From: Eubacteriales Family XIII. Incertae Sedis bacterium
GTDB lineage: Bacteria; Bacillota; Clostridia; Peptostreptococcales; Anaerovoracaceae
Assembly: GCA_031261345.1 (NCBI GenBank)
Contig: JAISKC010000063.1
Span: 7,490-71,489, forward strand
Direction of reading: 5' to 3'
DNA length: 64,000 nt
A model generated the notes under the pieces. That model did not search any database. It had not been told where the DNA came from and was given only the letters and a program-made list of their open reading frames with translations. A program made the position numbers and the translations under genes. Numbering within the stretch: position 1 is the stretch's first letter; each line of letters opens with the position of its first letter. Below are positions 48,025 through 57,749 of this stretch, in pieces.

Positions 48025-48030
48025 TATAAT
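48025..48030 (+). promoter_or_regulatory. TATAAT box 6 nt upstream of the LuxR-family ATG (possible leaderless mRNA)
   Basis: cggTATAATaaaaacATG with no Shine-Dalgarno sequence. Confidence 0.35.
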
Positions 48031-48036
48031 AAAAAC

Positions 48037-50592
48037 ATGGTTACACAATCGACAATAAATGTGCCGGTAATTCCGGACAATAGCCTTGTTTTGCTCGACA
48101 GGCCACGCATAGACGGCCTCTTGTCTTCCGTGCTCAGTAGCCCCGTGGCGACCATCGTTGCAGGATCGGGCTATGGCAAAACTGAGGCGGTCTACTCATT
48201 TCTACGGAAACAGGATCTCACGATCATCTGGGTGCAGGTATCGGAGCACGACAACGAAATGACAAGATTTTGGGGCGATTTCTCCGGTGCCATTTTTTCG
48301 GCTAACAAAGATCTCTCAAAGCAAATGTTAGATATGGGCTTTCCGTATGACGGCATATCGTACAACAAATATGCCGACGCTGTATCGGACGCCTTGACCG
48401 TTACGAGAAATTACGCCCTCGTGATTGACGACTTTCACAATATTCACAATCCCGATATTTTGAAGTTTTTCGAGAGGGGTCTTCAGATGCCTCTTGCAAA
48501 TATGCACCGCATATTCATATCGAGGGAAAACCCGAGTATCGTAACTGCAAACTACCTACTTACGGATCATTTCGCCCATCTAAACGAGGATGATTTGCGG
48601 TTCACAAGAGATGAAATGAAACAGCTTTTTGCCCTTCAAGGGTTGAAACTTTCGCCAGATACAATAGAGAAAATCTATTCCGACACTGACGGCTGGGTCT
48701 TTGCCATACAGCTCATCGGCTTGTTTTTCAAAAGGAATCCCGGGCAGATAGGCTATGCAGTCGATGCGATGAAGTCGAATGTATCCAAGCTGATCGACAC
48801 GGAAATCTTCTCTGAGATTCCCGAAAAATTACAGCATTTTCTGATCAAAATGTCTCTGATAAACCACCTTTATCCCGATTTGCTCCGTGGGCTTGATGAC
48901 GGCGAGGCATGCATGAACGAGCTCCGCAAAATGGACTCCTTTGTCAGGTATGACGACTATTTGAACACCTATCGTATCCATCAGCTGTTCCTTGACTACC
49001 TGAAGGATAAGCAGCGGCTTTTGTCCGAGCAGGAGAAACGCAGCACGCTGGATGTTGCGGCAAACTGGTGTCTTCTTCAAGACGACATTTCCGAGGCCAT
49101 TCACTACTACGAAGAGCTCGGCGACTATGACCGGATTGTGGAACTCGCATACAAGCAGTCGATGCTCTTGCCGCAGGGTGTCGGCTCCTACATATTGAAC
49201 ATTTTTCGTAATGCGCCTGCCGAAGCGTTTGAGCGAAACGGAACGATGACGGTCGTATTCGCCAGGCTTTTGATAGCTCTCGGTCACATCAAAGAAGGCG
49301 AAAACTTTATCACATCTACGATAGAAAGGTATGAAAAATTGCCTGAATCTGGCCACAAGGATCGCATCCTCTGTGGGCTATACAACAACCTCGGGTTTCT
49401 CGGTTTGATAAAGAGTCCGACCACGTCGGAATATGATTTTGCGGCTCACTTTATGCGTGGCGATGAATACTTCAGAAAATGCGACATCAAGGTGCTCGGG
49501 GCGGTTCGGTCTGTAAATCTCAGCCCTTACATTACTAGGGTCGGGAAACCGGAGGCGGGCGGACCGGAAAAATTCATCGAAGCGGTCTCGGAATCAATCC
49601 CATATATCTCACATTCCATGAATGGCTGCATGTACGGCATGGACGATCTGGCACGCGCCGAGCTGTCGTTTTTCCGAGGTGAGCTTGAAAATTGCGAGCA
49701 GTTTTCGTTCAGTGCCCTCTACAAGGCGAGGGAACGCAGTCAATACGAAATCGAAAATCGCGCCCTGTTTTTCCTCCTGAGAACAAATCTGGCGAACGGA
49801 AAATATGAGAAGGTCCGCTCCATTCTCTATCAAATCGAGGCTCAACCGGAGATGTCCGACTACGCGACAAAGTATTTCATGAAGGATATACTGACGAGCT
49901 GGTTTTATGCACAGATTGGTCACACCGAGCGTATGGCCGACTGGATTACTAAGGACTTTGAGGAGTCAGAGGACAACTATCTGACGCGCGGACTGGAATT
50001 TTTCACAAAAAACAAATTCTACATGGTCGAAAAACGTTACCACAGACTGCTCGCAATTCTGGAAAGTCAAGACACCGAATTGGGCATCGGCTCACTCCTC
50101 TACGGAAAAATCGGAATCATGACGATGAAGGCAATCTGCCTCTATCACCTCAAGGAGCGCAAGGCGGCACTCAGGGCCTTCGAGGAAGCCTACACGCTGG
50201 CGATTCCAAACGCCCTCGACATGATTTTCATTTCAATGGGCAACGACATGCGCGTCTTGAGTGGGTACGCGCTGAAGAACGCCTGCAACATTCCTAGGGA
50301 CTGGCTGGAGACGATAGGGCGAAAATCATCCACCTGCGCAAAGCGGTATGCTCACATCAGATCCAACTTTGACAGGGACGAGGAACTGAGTAATGAAGTG
50401 AACCTATCGAGTAAGGAACTCGAGGTTCTCACGGATTTGGCGCACGGACTGTCCAGATCGGAAATCGCAACCGCACGAAACATTTCCATCAACACGGTCA
50501 AGACCATGCTGCCCCTCATCTTCCGGAAACTCGACGCGAACAGCACAATAGACGCCATACGAATAGCGGTCAAAAGCGGAATTGTGAAGTGA
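48037..50592 (+). CDS. MalT-like large ATP-binding LuxR-family regulator
   Basis: N-terminal P-loop AGSGYGKTEAV and Walker B ALVIDDFH. Central helical/TPR-like region. C-terminal LuxR HTH LSSKELEVLTDLAHGLSRSEIATARNISINTVKTM. Confidence 0.85.
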   Translation: MVTQSTINVPVIPDNSLVLLDRPRIDGLLSSVLSSPVATIVAGSGYGKTEAVYSFLRKQDLTIIWVQVSEHDNEMTRFWGDFSGAIFSANKDLSKQMLDMGFPYDGISYNKYADAVSDALTVTRNYALVIDDFHNIHNPDILKFFERGLQMPLANMHRIFISRENPSIVTANYLLTDHFAHLNEDDLRFTRDEMKQLFALQGLKLSPDTIEKIYSDTDGWVFAIQLIGLFFKRNPGQIGYAVDAMKSNVSKLIDTEIFSEIPEKLQHFLIKMSLINHLYPDLLRGLDDGEACMNELRKMDSFVRYDDYLNTYRIHQLFLDYLKDKQRLLSEQEKRSTLDVAANWCLLQDDISEAIHYYEELGDYDRIVELAYKQSMLLPQGVGSYILNIFRNAPAEAFERNGTMTVVFARLLIALGHIKEGENFITSTIERYEKLPESGHKDRILCGLYNNLGFLGLIKSPTTSEYDFAAHFMRGDEYFRKCDIKVLGAVRSVNLSPYITRVGKPEAGGPEKFIEAVSESIPYISHSMNGCMYGMDDLARAELSFFRGELENCEQFSFSALYKARERSQYEIENRALFFLLRTNLANGKYEKVRSILYQIEAQPEMSDYATKYFMKDILTSWFYAQIGHTERMADWITKDFEESEDNYLTRGLEFFTKNKFYMVEKRYHRLLAILESQDTELGIGSLLYGKIGIMTMKAICLYHLKERKAALRAFEEAYTLAIPNALDMIFISMGNDMRVLSGYALKNACNIPRDWLETIGRKSSTCAKRYAHIRSNFDRDEELSNEVNLSSKELEVLTDLAHGLSRSEIATARNISINTVKTMLPLIFRKLDANSTIDAIRIAVKSGIVK

Positions 50593-50617
50593 AGCCATTG
50601 GATAGTCGTTTTCTCCA

Positions 50618-51787
50618 TTAGGCGTCGCCGGAATAGTTGCCTATCACAAATGACCTTTCCAGAATGACGGACTTATCGTCCCTGTTTGGAAGCGTACACC
50701 TTAGGAGATATTCCCCATCATGTTTCTGACCGACAAGCCTGTCCAGCTCAGTGCTCACAGTGGCTTCGTCGCCTGAAAAAACCACGGCACCATCCGCCTC
50801 GGTTACTATTTCCCAAACCTGCGTCCCATCACCTTCCAGAAGATTCACAGCTTCAAATCCCTGTGGATTGATATGACCACATTCACAATCATCGGAGATA
50901 AGGAGAATTTCACGCCCGCCCGAATCAACCAAAATTCCAGTCGCAGCGTCCTCTGAATTACTGAGTGATAGACCCGCAAATGCGATGCCGGAGACAACGA
51001 CCATTGTCGCTATCAAACCAACTACGAAATTCCATATCCGCGGCTTCCCTGCGGCAGGCAACGCCTTACCATCGATTGCGCCCATCCATTTCTGCGCAAA
51101 CAAATCCATACTTTCGTCCGGCAGGCTGTTCATCGCCTTGAGCCGTAGCGACTTGCCCATGACCGTGGACGTGGCAGGAAGACCAGCTCCCGCGCCGCCC
51201 AGACCCACGCCGAGCAATGTGCCGATATTTTCACCTTCCTGTGTAAGTTTTTTCTTCAACATCATTCTCGCCTTCGTAATATTTGAGGAAACTGACTTTT
51301 CCGAGATTTTCTGAACTTCCGCGATTTCTTTGTAACTCAACCCCTCATAGTAATACATGATGATGGCATCACGCTTCGCCGCGGAAAGCGAAGACACATA
51401 TCCGTATAGCTTTTCACTCAAGGCAGAATCCTGTGCATACGCTTCAGGCAGAAATTCCCGATTTTCCTCTTCGAGGACGATGTCTTCATCTTCTATGTCA
51501 ATTTCCTTCTGTTTGCGCGCGTGCGTCCTGAATATCGCATAGCACTCATTTCTGACAATCCGTTCAATCCAGACATTGATAGCAACCGGATCCTTGAGCC
51601 TCCGAATGTTCTTGTGCATCTTCAAGATGGCCTCTTGTGCAGCATCTTCAGCGTCCGGATAATTTCCCATGACAGACAGCGACACGAACATCATGTCGCG
51701 CTGCTTCGCAAGGCACAGATCCTCAAATGCCTTCAAATCACCCTTGATGGCCTTCCTTGCCAATTCAACGATTTCCGCTTTAACCAA
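50618..51787 (-). CDS. sigma-70-family (ECF-like) sigma factor fused to a TM segment and extracytoplasmic C-terminal domain
   Basis: Region 2 DAEDAAQEAILKMHKNIRRLKDPVAINVWIERIVRNEC. Region 4 AIIMYYYEGLSYKEIAEVQKISEKSVSSNITKARMMLKKKL. TM segment IWNFVVGLIATMVVVSGIAFAGL followed by about 110 aa. TTG start. Confidence 0.75.
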   Translation of the reverse strand: MVKAEIVELARKAIKGDLKAFEDLCLAKQRDMMFVSLSVMGNYPDAEDAAQEAILKMHKNIRRLKDPVAINVWIERIVRNECYAIFRTHARKQKEIDIEDEDIVLEEENREFLPEAYAQDSALSEKLYGYVSSLSAAKRDAIIMYYYEGLSYKEIAEVQKISEKSVSSNITKARMMLKKKLTQEGENIGTLLGVGLGGAGAGLPATSTVMGKSLRLKAMNSLPDESMDLFAQKWMGAIDGKALPAAGKPRIWNFVVGLIATMVVVSGIAFAGLSLSNSEDAATGILVDSGGREILLISDDCECGHINPQGFEAVNLLEGDGTQVWEIVTEADGAVVFSGDEATVSTELDRLVGQKHDGEYLLRCTLPNRDDKSVILERSFVIGNYSGDA

Positions 51788-51861
51788 TTTCCCCTCTATT
51801 CCCCTTTACTACCTTAGATGCAACCAAGCAAGATTACCCTGCCATTTTCCTCAACTTTCAC

Positions 51862-51890
51862 GTGGCTACCAGTGGCTACCAATAGCTACC
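51862..51890. repeat. three direct repeats with exact 10-bp period (GTGGCTACCA GTGGCTACCA ATAGCTACC)
   Basis: Read directly from the sequence. They lie 75-100 nt upstream of the sigma-factor start and just after the stop of gene B. Confidence 0.8.
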
Positions 51891-51918
51891 TAGGAGCAAG
51901 CTACACAGCACGCTATTC

Positions 51919-54900
51919 TCATGCAATCGCTCTATTTCCCTCTTCTTCGTCCTCCGCGTATTCATGTTTCCTGACTTTGTAAACAACGAGCACTACGATA
52001 TGCAAGATGAAGACTATGCCGACGAAGAGCGTCCACTTGTTGATCCACGCCATCGGCAGGCTCAGGTCGTCTAGGATAAGCCAAACAATCGGTGTCAATA
52101 TGCCGAGGATAATAGTGGCAACCTTCAGCATCTTTCCACGCCTGCGACGTTCTTCCTCCTCATCGCGAACCCCGCCATCCCGTGCGTAGCCCGTGAGCTC
52201 ATCTTCATTATCTTCACGCCTCTTGCGGGCGATAGCTCCAACAATCAACAGTATCGAAATAACGACAGCCACCAGGGACATGATGAGGCTGAGTAGACTC
52301 CAAGCATTACTGGAGAAGAAATTCCCGAGCGGAACGTTGCCGTTTGCGAGGTCGTTAAATATATTGCCCGTCTGTGCGTCATACTTCGCCTGATCCGATG
52401 TAACAGGTGAAATCTCATTAGTAACCGTTGGAGGATTCGCCGGTGGGTTCGCTTCAGGCTCCTTTGGCTCCACAATGACCTCTTCAGGTTCGGGAGTGAT
52501 ATCCATAACACGATTCACAATCGGAGGATTGACGACCGGCGGCTCCACTATCACCTCATCCTTCTGCCAAACGGCATAGAGCTCAACATCCCGCGTCAGC
52601 GTGACGACATTTCCCTTCGGGTGGCTCACAACGCCGGAGACTGCACCCTCAGCCCAACCGAGGAATGAGTAACCATCCCTTGCGAGCGTGTTCTGCCCAT
52701 TCACTATGACTTGACTTCCGTGACTGAGAGTAACAGCGTCCGGAGCCTCACCTGATGTATGTCCATTGCCATGATAAGTCAGGCTGTGGCTATCGGGCCC
52801 ATAAACCGCATAGAGTATCGCATTTCCAGTAATATTGAAGCTTTTCGTCCCCTCCACCGTGTAGGTCGGCGCAGTAGCTGCCGCAGTCTTCGCCCAACCG
52901 AGGAACACGCCATGATCCTTCACAGGCAGTGGCGAGAACTGAACCTCCACATTATCGCCATTATGGTAGTCAACCTTGCTATCCGTAGGCACAGAACCCG
53001 TGCCCCCATTGACCTTGTAGACAACACTGTAATTGTTGATTGCCCACTGCGCAGTCAATGTGATATTCTGTGTTATCCCATTTATCGTCCCAATCGTGCC
53101 ATATGCGCTAGGCTCACATGGCGATCCGCTATCTGTAAAGGTAGCTATCCAACCCGTCAAATGATGATTTTGTAATGAAAACCCGTTTGCCGGTATATTG
53201 TAGTTTTTCCCATAGGCCACATCGCCGGGAAGCATATATCCAAATCCACCATTACCCTCAAAAGTAACTACATAGCGCAGCGGCTCAAGACTTGCAGTGA
53301 ACGTGATATTCTCCGTGATCTTCGCCTGAAGCACCTGATCGCGGGTCAATACAGAGCCTGCACCTTTGACCGTATTATTGCCATCGTTAAGCGTTACAGC
53401 CTTATTTGCTTTCCAAACAACCGTGGTATAGTCATAACCCACTTCTACTCCTTGAGCTACGTTGACTACAGGAACGACGGATGCCGTAGGCTGCTGATTG
53501 TGATTTCGATATTCACTTTCGGTAGCAAACGAAGCTCCCGTTCCGGCCTTATACGTAGCGAGTGCAGCATCATGCAAGCCGACGCCCACGAGTTCCGTAG
53601 ACAATGTAGTGTTGGAAACCGTGAAATTGAACGTGGCGGAAACATGAGTATTGGACACATTTCCCTGCGGCACATCCATGTACCAGTGATCCACAGCACT
53701 TCCTCCTACGCCGGTGGTATTTGACCTCGTTCCCGATGTTGTAGTCGTGAAGCCCCTCTGTATACTCTCATCAAAAATCGTGAGCGTATACTCCCCCACT
53801 TTGAGATAGTAAGGTGTCAGCCCGTTTGAGCTAAGCGAGGCAAAACTGCCATCTGGATTCACAACAATATTCAAGAGCGAAATCGTCCCTGTTTGGGAAG
53901 TGAGCGTCGCACTCACATGGTCAAGATTTGTAAAGTTCTCTCCTGCATCTAGGATTCCATCAGAGTCCTTATCATTGAAGATTTTGCCCTTGACGCCAGC
54001 CATAGCAGGCTCCGCCGCCAAGACAGAACCGTAAACCCAACTACCTTCGCCGGCAGCCGTCCTCCAACCCTTCTGATAACTCCGCCAGTAATCAGTCTGC
54101 CCAAGCTGCGCATCGGAAGCAACCGCGACATCAAATGTAGTTTCGCCCGAGGACCCCTCTAGCCCTGACGCCGCTATTGTTTGATTCGCCACAAACTTGA
54201 CCATCGTTACATTGGCGAAATCGCCTGAAAGGTCGGAAACCTGCGCGGCTGTAAGCCATTCGCCCGCGTAGGGTTTCCATGCATTGATTACTTCTTCCGC
54301 CGAGCCACTTTCGGGAGCAGGATTCGTCGTTCCCGAAGTGCTCACGCTATAGGTCGCCGTGAAGCCCGGAAGAGTGAGCGGACCGGTCAGCAAGGCTGTC
54401 CAAGCCGGTGCTTCATTCGTCTCGACTCCATATGGATTCGTCGTCTCAATATTGTTGAATATTCGATTGTAGCTCACGTTCTTCTTGGGAATAGGCAAAT
54501 AAATTTCCGTGCCTGGATAGTATGTATCGCCAGAGGTGTTTTCATACTTTAGCCAAACCTCGGCCGGCCGGTCGGGAGTAACAGGAGCCACTGTGGCATC
54601 ACTGCCATTGTATGTGTAATATGGATCAGTGTCGCCTGCCGCACGAATGCCGAGGTAAACATTGAGCCCGGGCTTTTGAACCACGGCGATGTTGTTGGAA
54701 TATTTCGCACCAACCAGATTGTAGCCGGTGCCATGCCCAGCCCAATCGTGGGTATCCAGCAAAACGCAATCCTCTGAACCATATGTTGCATTCACGGCAG
54801 ATGTTCCCAAATCAAGTAGGACGATATCCTCTGGGTCCAGCTCGGGAAAAGCGGTGGCGGCACTTGATACCTTAGCGGTGAAATATAGTGCTGATTCACC

Positions 54901-57483
54901 CGGGTTCCCTGTCATGTTCTCGGCTTCAGATATAATATCCTGATGTGCAGGTGCCCTAAAGTGATATGCTATCCATTCAACACCATTTATCAGTTTCGGC
55001 TCAGAAGAGCCAAGAAGTGTCAGCGGAAATTCTGCATCGCCATGATTGCCGGCAGACGAAACGGCTCTTGCACTATTCACATCCAAGTCAATCCCTCTTG
55101 GTAGTGCAACATAAATATCGGGGTCAACTATGTCAGCACTGTCACCATTCCACGTACGACCGCCATAAAACCATGAATTAATATACATCGTGTCGCCCGG
55201 ATAAAATGATCCCGTATTTGTGCCATCTGGATTATGACTGGCTACGGTATACATAGAACCGGCACCCTTGTTTGATGTAGCTTTGCTCGTCGTTGCATAA
55301 CCGGTTGCAAGCACACCTTCATCCTTGTCCTTGATGGTTAGATTGACGGTTCCGGCCTGACCGTTTTGAAGCCTTCCATAATACGTTCCGGCACCATAAG
55401 TCCAATATTCATCGTTGCCGCTTGCATAGACCGATAGACGGTCCTGTGTAATAGTAAGGTCGGTCAAGAATTCATCTTCGGCTAGCCCCAAATCTTCCGG
55501 CGTGAGTGCGTAAGCATAGTTGGTCCAAGGTAGTGTGAAAGACGTTGAATACGTTATTGTTCGTGTTGCACCGGATTTCGTCTTCGCATGTGCAACGACA
55601 TTTCTGAAGTGAGAGTCATTATACCCTCCCGGAATCCTAATCCCACGTACGGCAAGTGCATCATCAAAAGTATAGAAGTATGTGATATCCTCAGCAATAC
55701 TCGGGCCATCGTTCATGACAACGAGCTGCCCCAGACCATAGTCGTGAGGATAATCCCCGTTCCAGTTGAGATCGCGCCTTGTTCCATCGCCAGATTCTAT
55801 TCGTATGTTGACATTCGGTTTCTGAACGGTCACCCAAGTTACCACCGGACCATAATTTTGGACTACTGGATGACCTGACTCAAAGCCAGAGTTGGCGACA
55901 TATTCGGCAGGAAAAACCAAAGTATCATTCCATTTTATTAGGTCGTTATCTACTGAGCCAGTCCAATATAAGACAAAAGTATTTCCGTAACCAATAAGGA
56001 CGTTTGTATAAGAGAAAGTCACAGTTCGTGCCGTGGGATTGTCCTCTACAAGTAGATGTCCGTTGGCGTAGCTGCCGGTCGTTCCGCCTTGTTCGTTTAT
56101 TCCTTCCCAAAATCCCTTGAACTCAAGACCCTCAGGATAGTGAAATGTAAATGTTGCCGAATCTGATAAGAAATCATCAGAAGACCAATTCTGATTGATT
56201 ACAGTAAATCTTATGGAAAATTGCGGTATTTCACCTTTATCCTCATCCACATCCACAATCCCAGCTACGGTCGGGGTCTGGTCCTCATTGAATTGATTCA
56301 CCATCTGAAACTGCATCATATTTGTAGAAGTTGCCACCAGTTCATCTGACAAATTTGCGGCTCCACTCACAAGATCCACTGTAATGGCATCCAGTACGGC
56401 GGTATCGGTAGCTCTCGAAAGCATAGCGTACTGAAGATCGAGGGTAAGTGTCAACACGATGTGATCGCAGTTTGAATTGAAAGTGTAAGTCACTTTTCCA
56501 TCGGAATTATGAGGCTGCAAATCATTCGGGCCATATCCTGCATACCCCAAAACCACTTGATCTGCCCAAGATCCGCCATCAAGCGCTGTAAGAGATGCAC
56601 TTGCAACCTTGGACTCCGACTCCGAAGACAAATTTATCTTAGATACCCCTTCGATTTCAGGAGTACTCTCCTTCGCCGTGTATTCGATTATCTTGTATCC
56701 ACGTGGCACATTGACAGTGATGATTCGATCCTTATCCGTGCCCTGCTCCGAAAAGTCAGCTGTGATACGAATCTGCTTATTGCCACTTTTCCATGGCCAG
56801 TCGATTGCGTTTGATATACTACCGACTTCAACAAAAGCCGGATTGGAAACCTCGAATGTAAGATTATTACCATTACCATCGGTTTGACTCAAAGGGGCAA
56901 CATCATCACCAAGCACATCAATGTCCAGTTCCTGCACTATGGATTGGTCTTTATCATTGTCATACTGCACTTCACCCACTGGAATAAGGTCTTCAAATGC
57001 CGCTTCAAACGTGGTGTCCCTCGATACGACAAATTCACCGATAGGAGCATAGCCCTCTGTTACTGCCAGCCTTTCGTCAGCCGTGTACATAGTTTTGCTT
57101 TCATCTTGGGTATCTATCCAGCCAAGGAATCGGCTGTTTTGGGATTCGGGGATGAAGTCCAAAATGACTGTTTCTTCATCGCTTTCAGATTGCGAATCTT
57201 GGTCCGCAATGACGGATTTTACCTCTTCATCTGTCGGGAGAATGTCCATCGGCAAGTTTACTTCTACTTGTCCTTCAGGTATCGCAACTGCCTCCGTCTT
57301 AATAATATTGTCATTTACTGTAAATCTTAGAGAATATACCCCCCCCCCATTGGAATTATTTTCCAGTTCGTTATCTGTTGCCATAGCAAACTGTGGTAAC
57401 ACAATGCCTAGCAACATTACTATTGTCATTGTGATAGCCAGCCACCGTTTGTGACCCAAAGTACGATTTGTATTAGTATTCAT
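51919..57483 (-). CDS. giant surface protein B (paralog of A), intact
   Basis: - ATG 57483 is preceded by GGGGGGAA, and the signal peptide is KRWLAITMTIVMLLGIVLPQFAMA/TDN.
- The N-terminal ~1000 aa are collinear with A.
- Domains: SdrD-B-like GKIFNDKDSDGILDAGE and 4 Flg_new-type repeats.
- It has the same C-terminal 3-TM anchor (NVPLGNFF..AWSLLSLIMS). Confidence 0.85.
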   Translation of the reverse strand: MNTNTNRTLGHKRWLAITMTIVMLLGIVLPQFAMATDNELENNSNGGGVYSLRFTVNDNIIKTEAVAIPEGQVEVNLPMDILPTDEEVKSVIADQDSQSESDEETVILDFIPESQNSRFLGWIDTQDESKTMYTADERLAVTEGYAPIGEFVVSRDTTFEAAFEDLIPVGEVQYDNDKDQSIVQELDIDVLGDDVAPLSQTDGNGNNLTFEVSNPAFVEVGSISNAIDWPWKSGNKQIRITADFSEQGTDKDRIITVNVPRGYKIIEYTAKESTPEIEGVSKINLSSESESKVASASLTALDGGSWADQVVLGYAGYGPNDLQPHNSDGKVTYTFNSNCDHIVLTLTLDLQYAMLSRATDTAVLDAITVDLVSGAANLSDELVATSTNMMQFQMVNQFNEDQTPTVAGIVDVDEDKGEIPQFSIRFTVINQNWSSDDFLSDSATFTFHYPEGLEFKGFWEGINEQGGTTGSYANGHLLVEDNPTARTVTFSYTNVLIGYGNTFVLYWTGSVDNDLIKWNDTLVFPAEYVANSGFESGHPVVQNYGPVVTWVTVQKPNVNIRIESGDGTRRDLNWNGDYPHDYGLGQLVVMNDGPSIAEDITYFYTFDDALAVRGIRIPGGYNDSHFRNVVAHAKTKSGATRTITYSTSFTLPWTNYAYALTPEDLGLAEDEFLTDLTITQDRLSVYASGNDEYWTYGAGTYYGRLQNGQAGTVNLTIKDKDEGVLATGYATTSKATSNKGAGSMYTVASHNPDGTNTGSFYPGDTMYINSWFYGGRTWNGDSADIVDPDIYVALPRGIDLDVNSARAVSSAGNHGDAEFPLTLLGSSEPKLINGVEWIAYHFRAPAHQDIISEAENMTGNPGESALYFTAKVSSAATAFPELDPEDIVLLDLGTSAVNATYGSEDCVLLDTHDWAGHGTGYNLVGAKYSNNIAVVQKPGLNVYLGIRAAGDTDPYYTYNGSDATVAPVTPDRPAEVWLKYENTSGDTYYPGTEIYLPIPKKNVSYNRIFNNIETTNPYGVETNEAPAWTALLTGPLTLPGFTATYSVSTSGTTNPAPESGSAEEVINAWKPYAGEWLTAAQVSDLSGDFANVTMVKFVANQTIAASGLEGSSGETTFDVAVASDAQLGQTDYWRSYQKGWRTAAGEGSWVYGSVLAAEPAMAGVKGKIFNDKDSDGILDAGENFTNLDHVSATLTSQTGTISLLNIVVNPDGSFASLSSNGLTPYYLKVGEYTLTIFDESIQRGFTTTTSGTRSNTTGVGGSAVDHWYMDVPQGNVSNTHVSATFNFTVSNTTLSTELVGVGLHDAALATYKAGTGASFATESEYRNHNQQPTASVVPVVNVAQGVEVGYDYTTVVWKANKAVTLNDGNNTVKGAGSVLTRDQVLQAKITENITFTASLEPLRYVVTFEGNGGFGYMLPGDVAYGKNYNIPANGFSLQNHHLTGWIATFTDSGSPCEPSAYGTIGTINGITQNITLTAQWAINNYSVVYKVNGGTGSVPTDSKVDYHNGDNVEVQFSPLPVKDHGVFLGWAKTAAATAPTYTVEGTKSFNITGNAILYAVYGPDSHSLTYHGNGHTSGEAPDAVTLSHGSQVIVNGQNTLARDGYSFLGWAEGAVSGVVSHPKGNVVTLTRDVELYAVWQKDEVIVEPPVVNPPIVNRVMDITPEPEEVIVEPKEPEANPPANPPTVTNEISPVTSDQAKYDAQTGNIFNDLANGNVPLGNFFSSNAWSLLSLIMSLVAVVISILLIVGAIARKRREDNEDELTGYARDGGVRDEEEERRRRGKMLKVATIILGILTPIVWLILDDLSLPMAWINKWTLFVGIVFILHIVVLVVYKVRKHEYAEDEEEGNRAIA
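57339..57348 (-). repeat. homopolymeric G10 (coding strand) in gene B, in frame
   Basis: Counted directly: 10 consecutive C on the plus strand. It encodes GGG plus the first base of the Val codon. Confidence 0.95.
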
Positions 57484-57666
57484 TTGATTCCCCCCGTATA
57501 TAAAGAGTAGTATTGTTCTACAAACGCACAAAAACCTGTGTCATTTGCCCCCGTCGGCGAATCCGACAGTTCTATGATGTCAGAGGCCACAAATTCCCTG
57601 CCATTATCGGAAAAAAATTTGAGCCAACAACATCCTCAAGCATTACAACCCAATTGTCGTACTTAA

Positions 57667-57695
57667 TATATACCCAAAAATCAGGGCTTTAAACA
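57667..57695 (-). promoter_or_regulatory. putative promoter of gene B (motif shared with gene A)
   Basis: Minus strand reads TGTTTA-17 nt-TATATA with GGG upstream of the -10. It lies about 185 nt upstream of the ATG. Confidence 0.45.
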
Positions 57696-57749
57696 TAAAA
57701 TCCAATATTTTTACGAAAAATTTACTGTACTATACAAAAAGTTTGCTCT

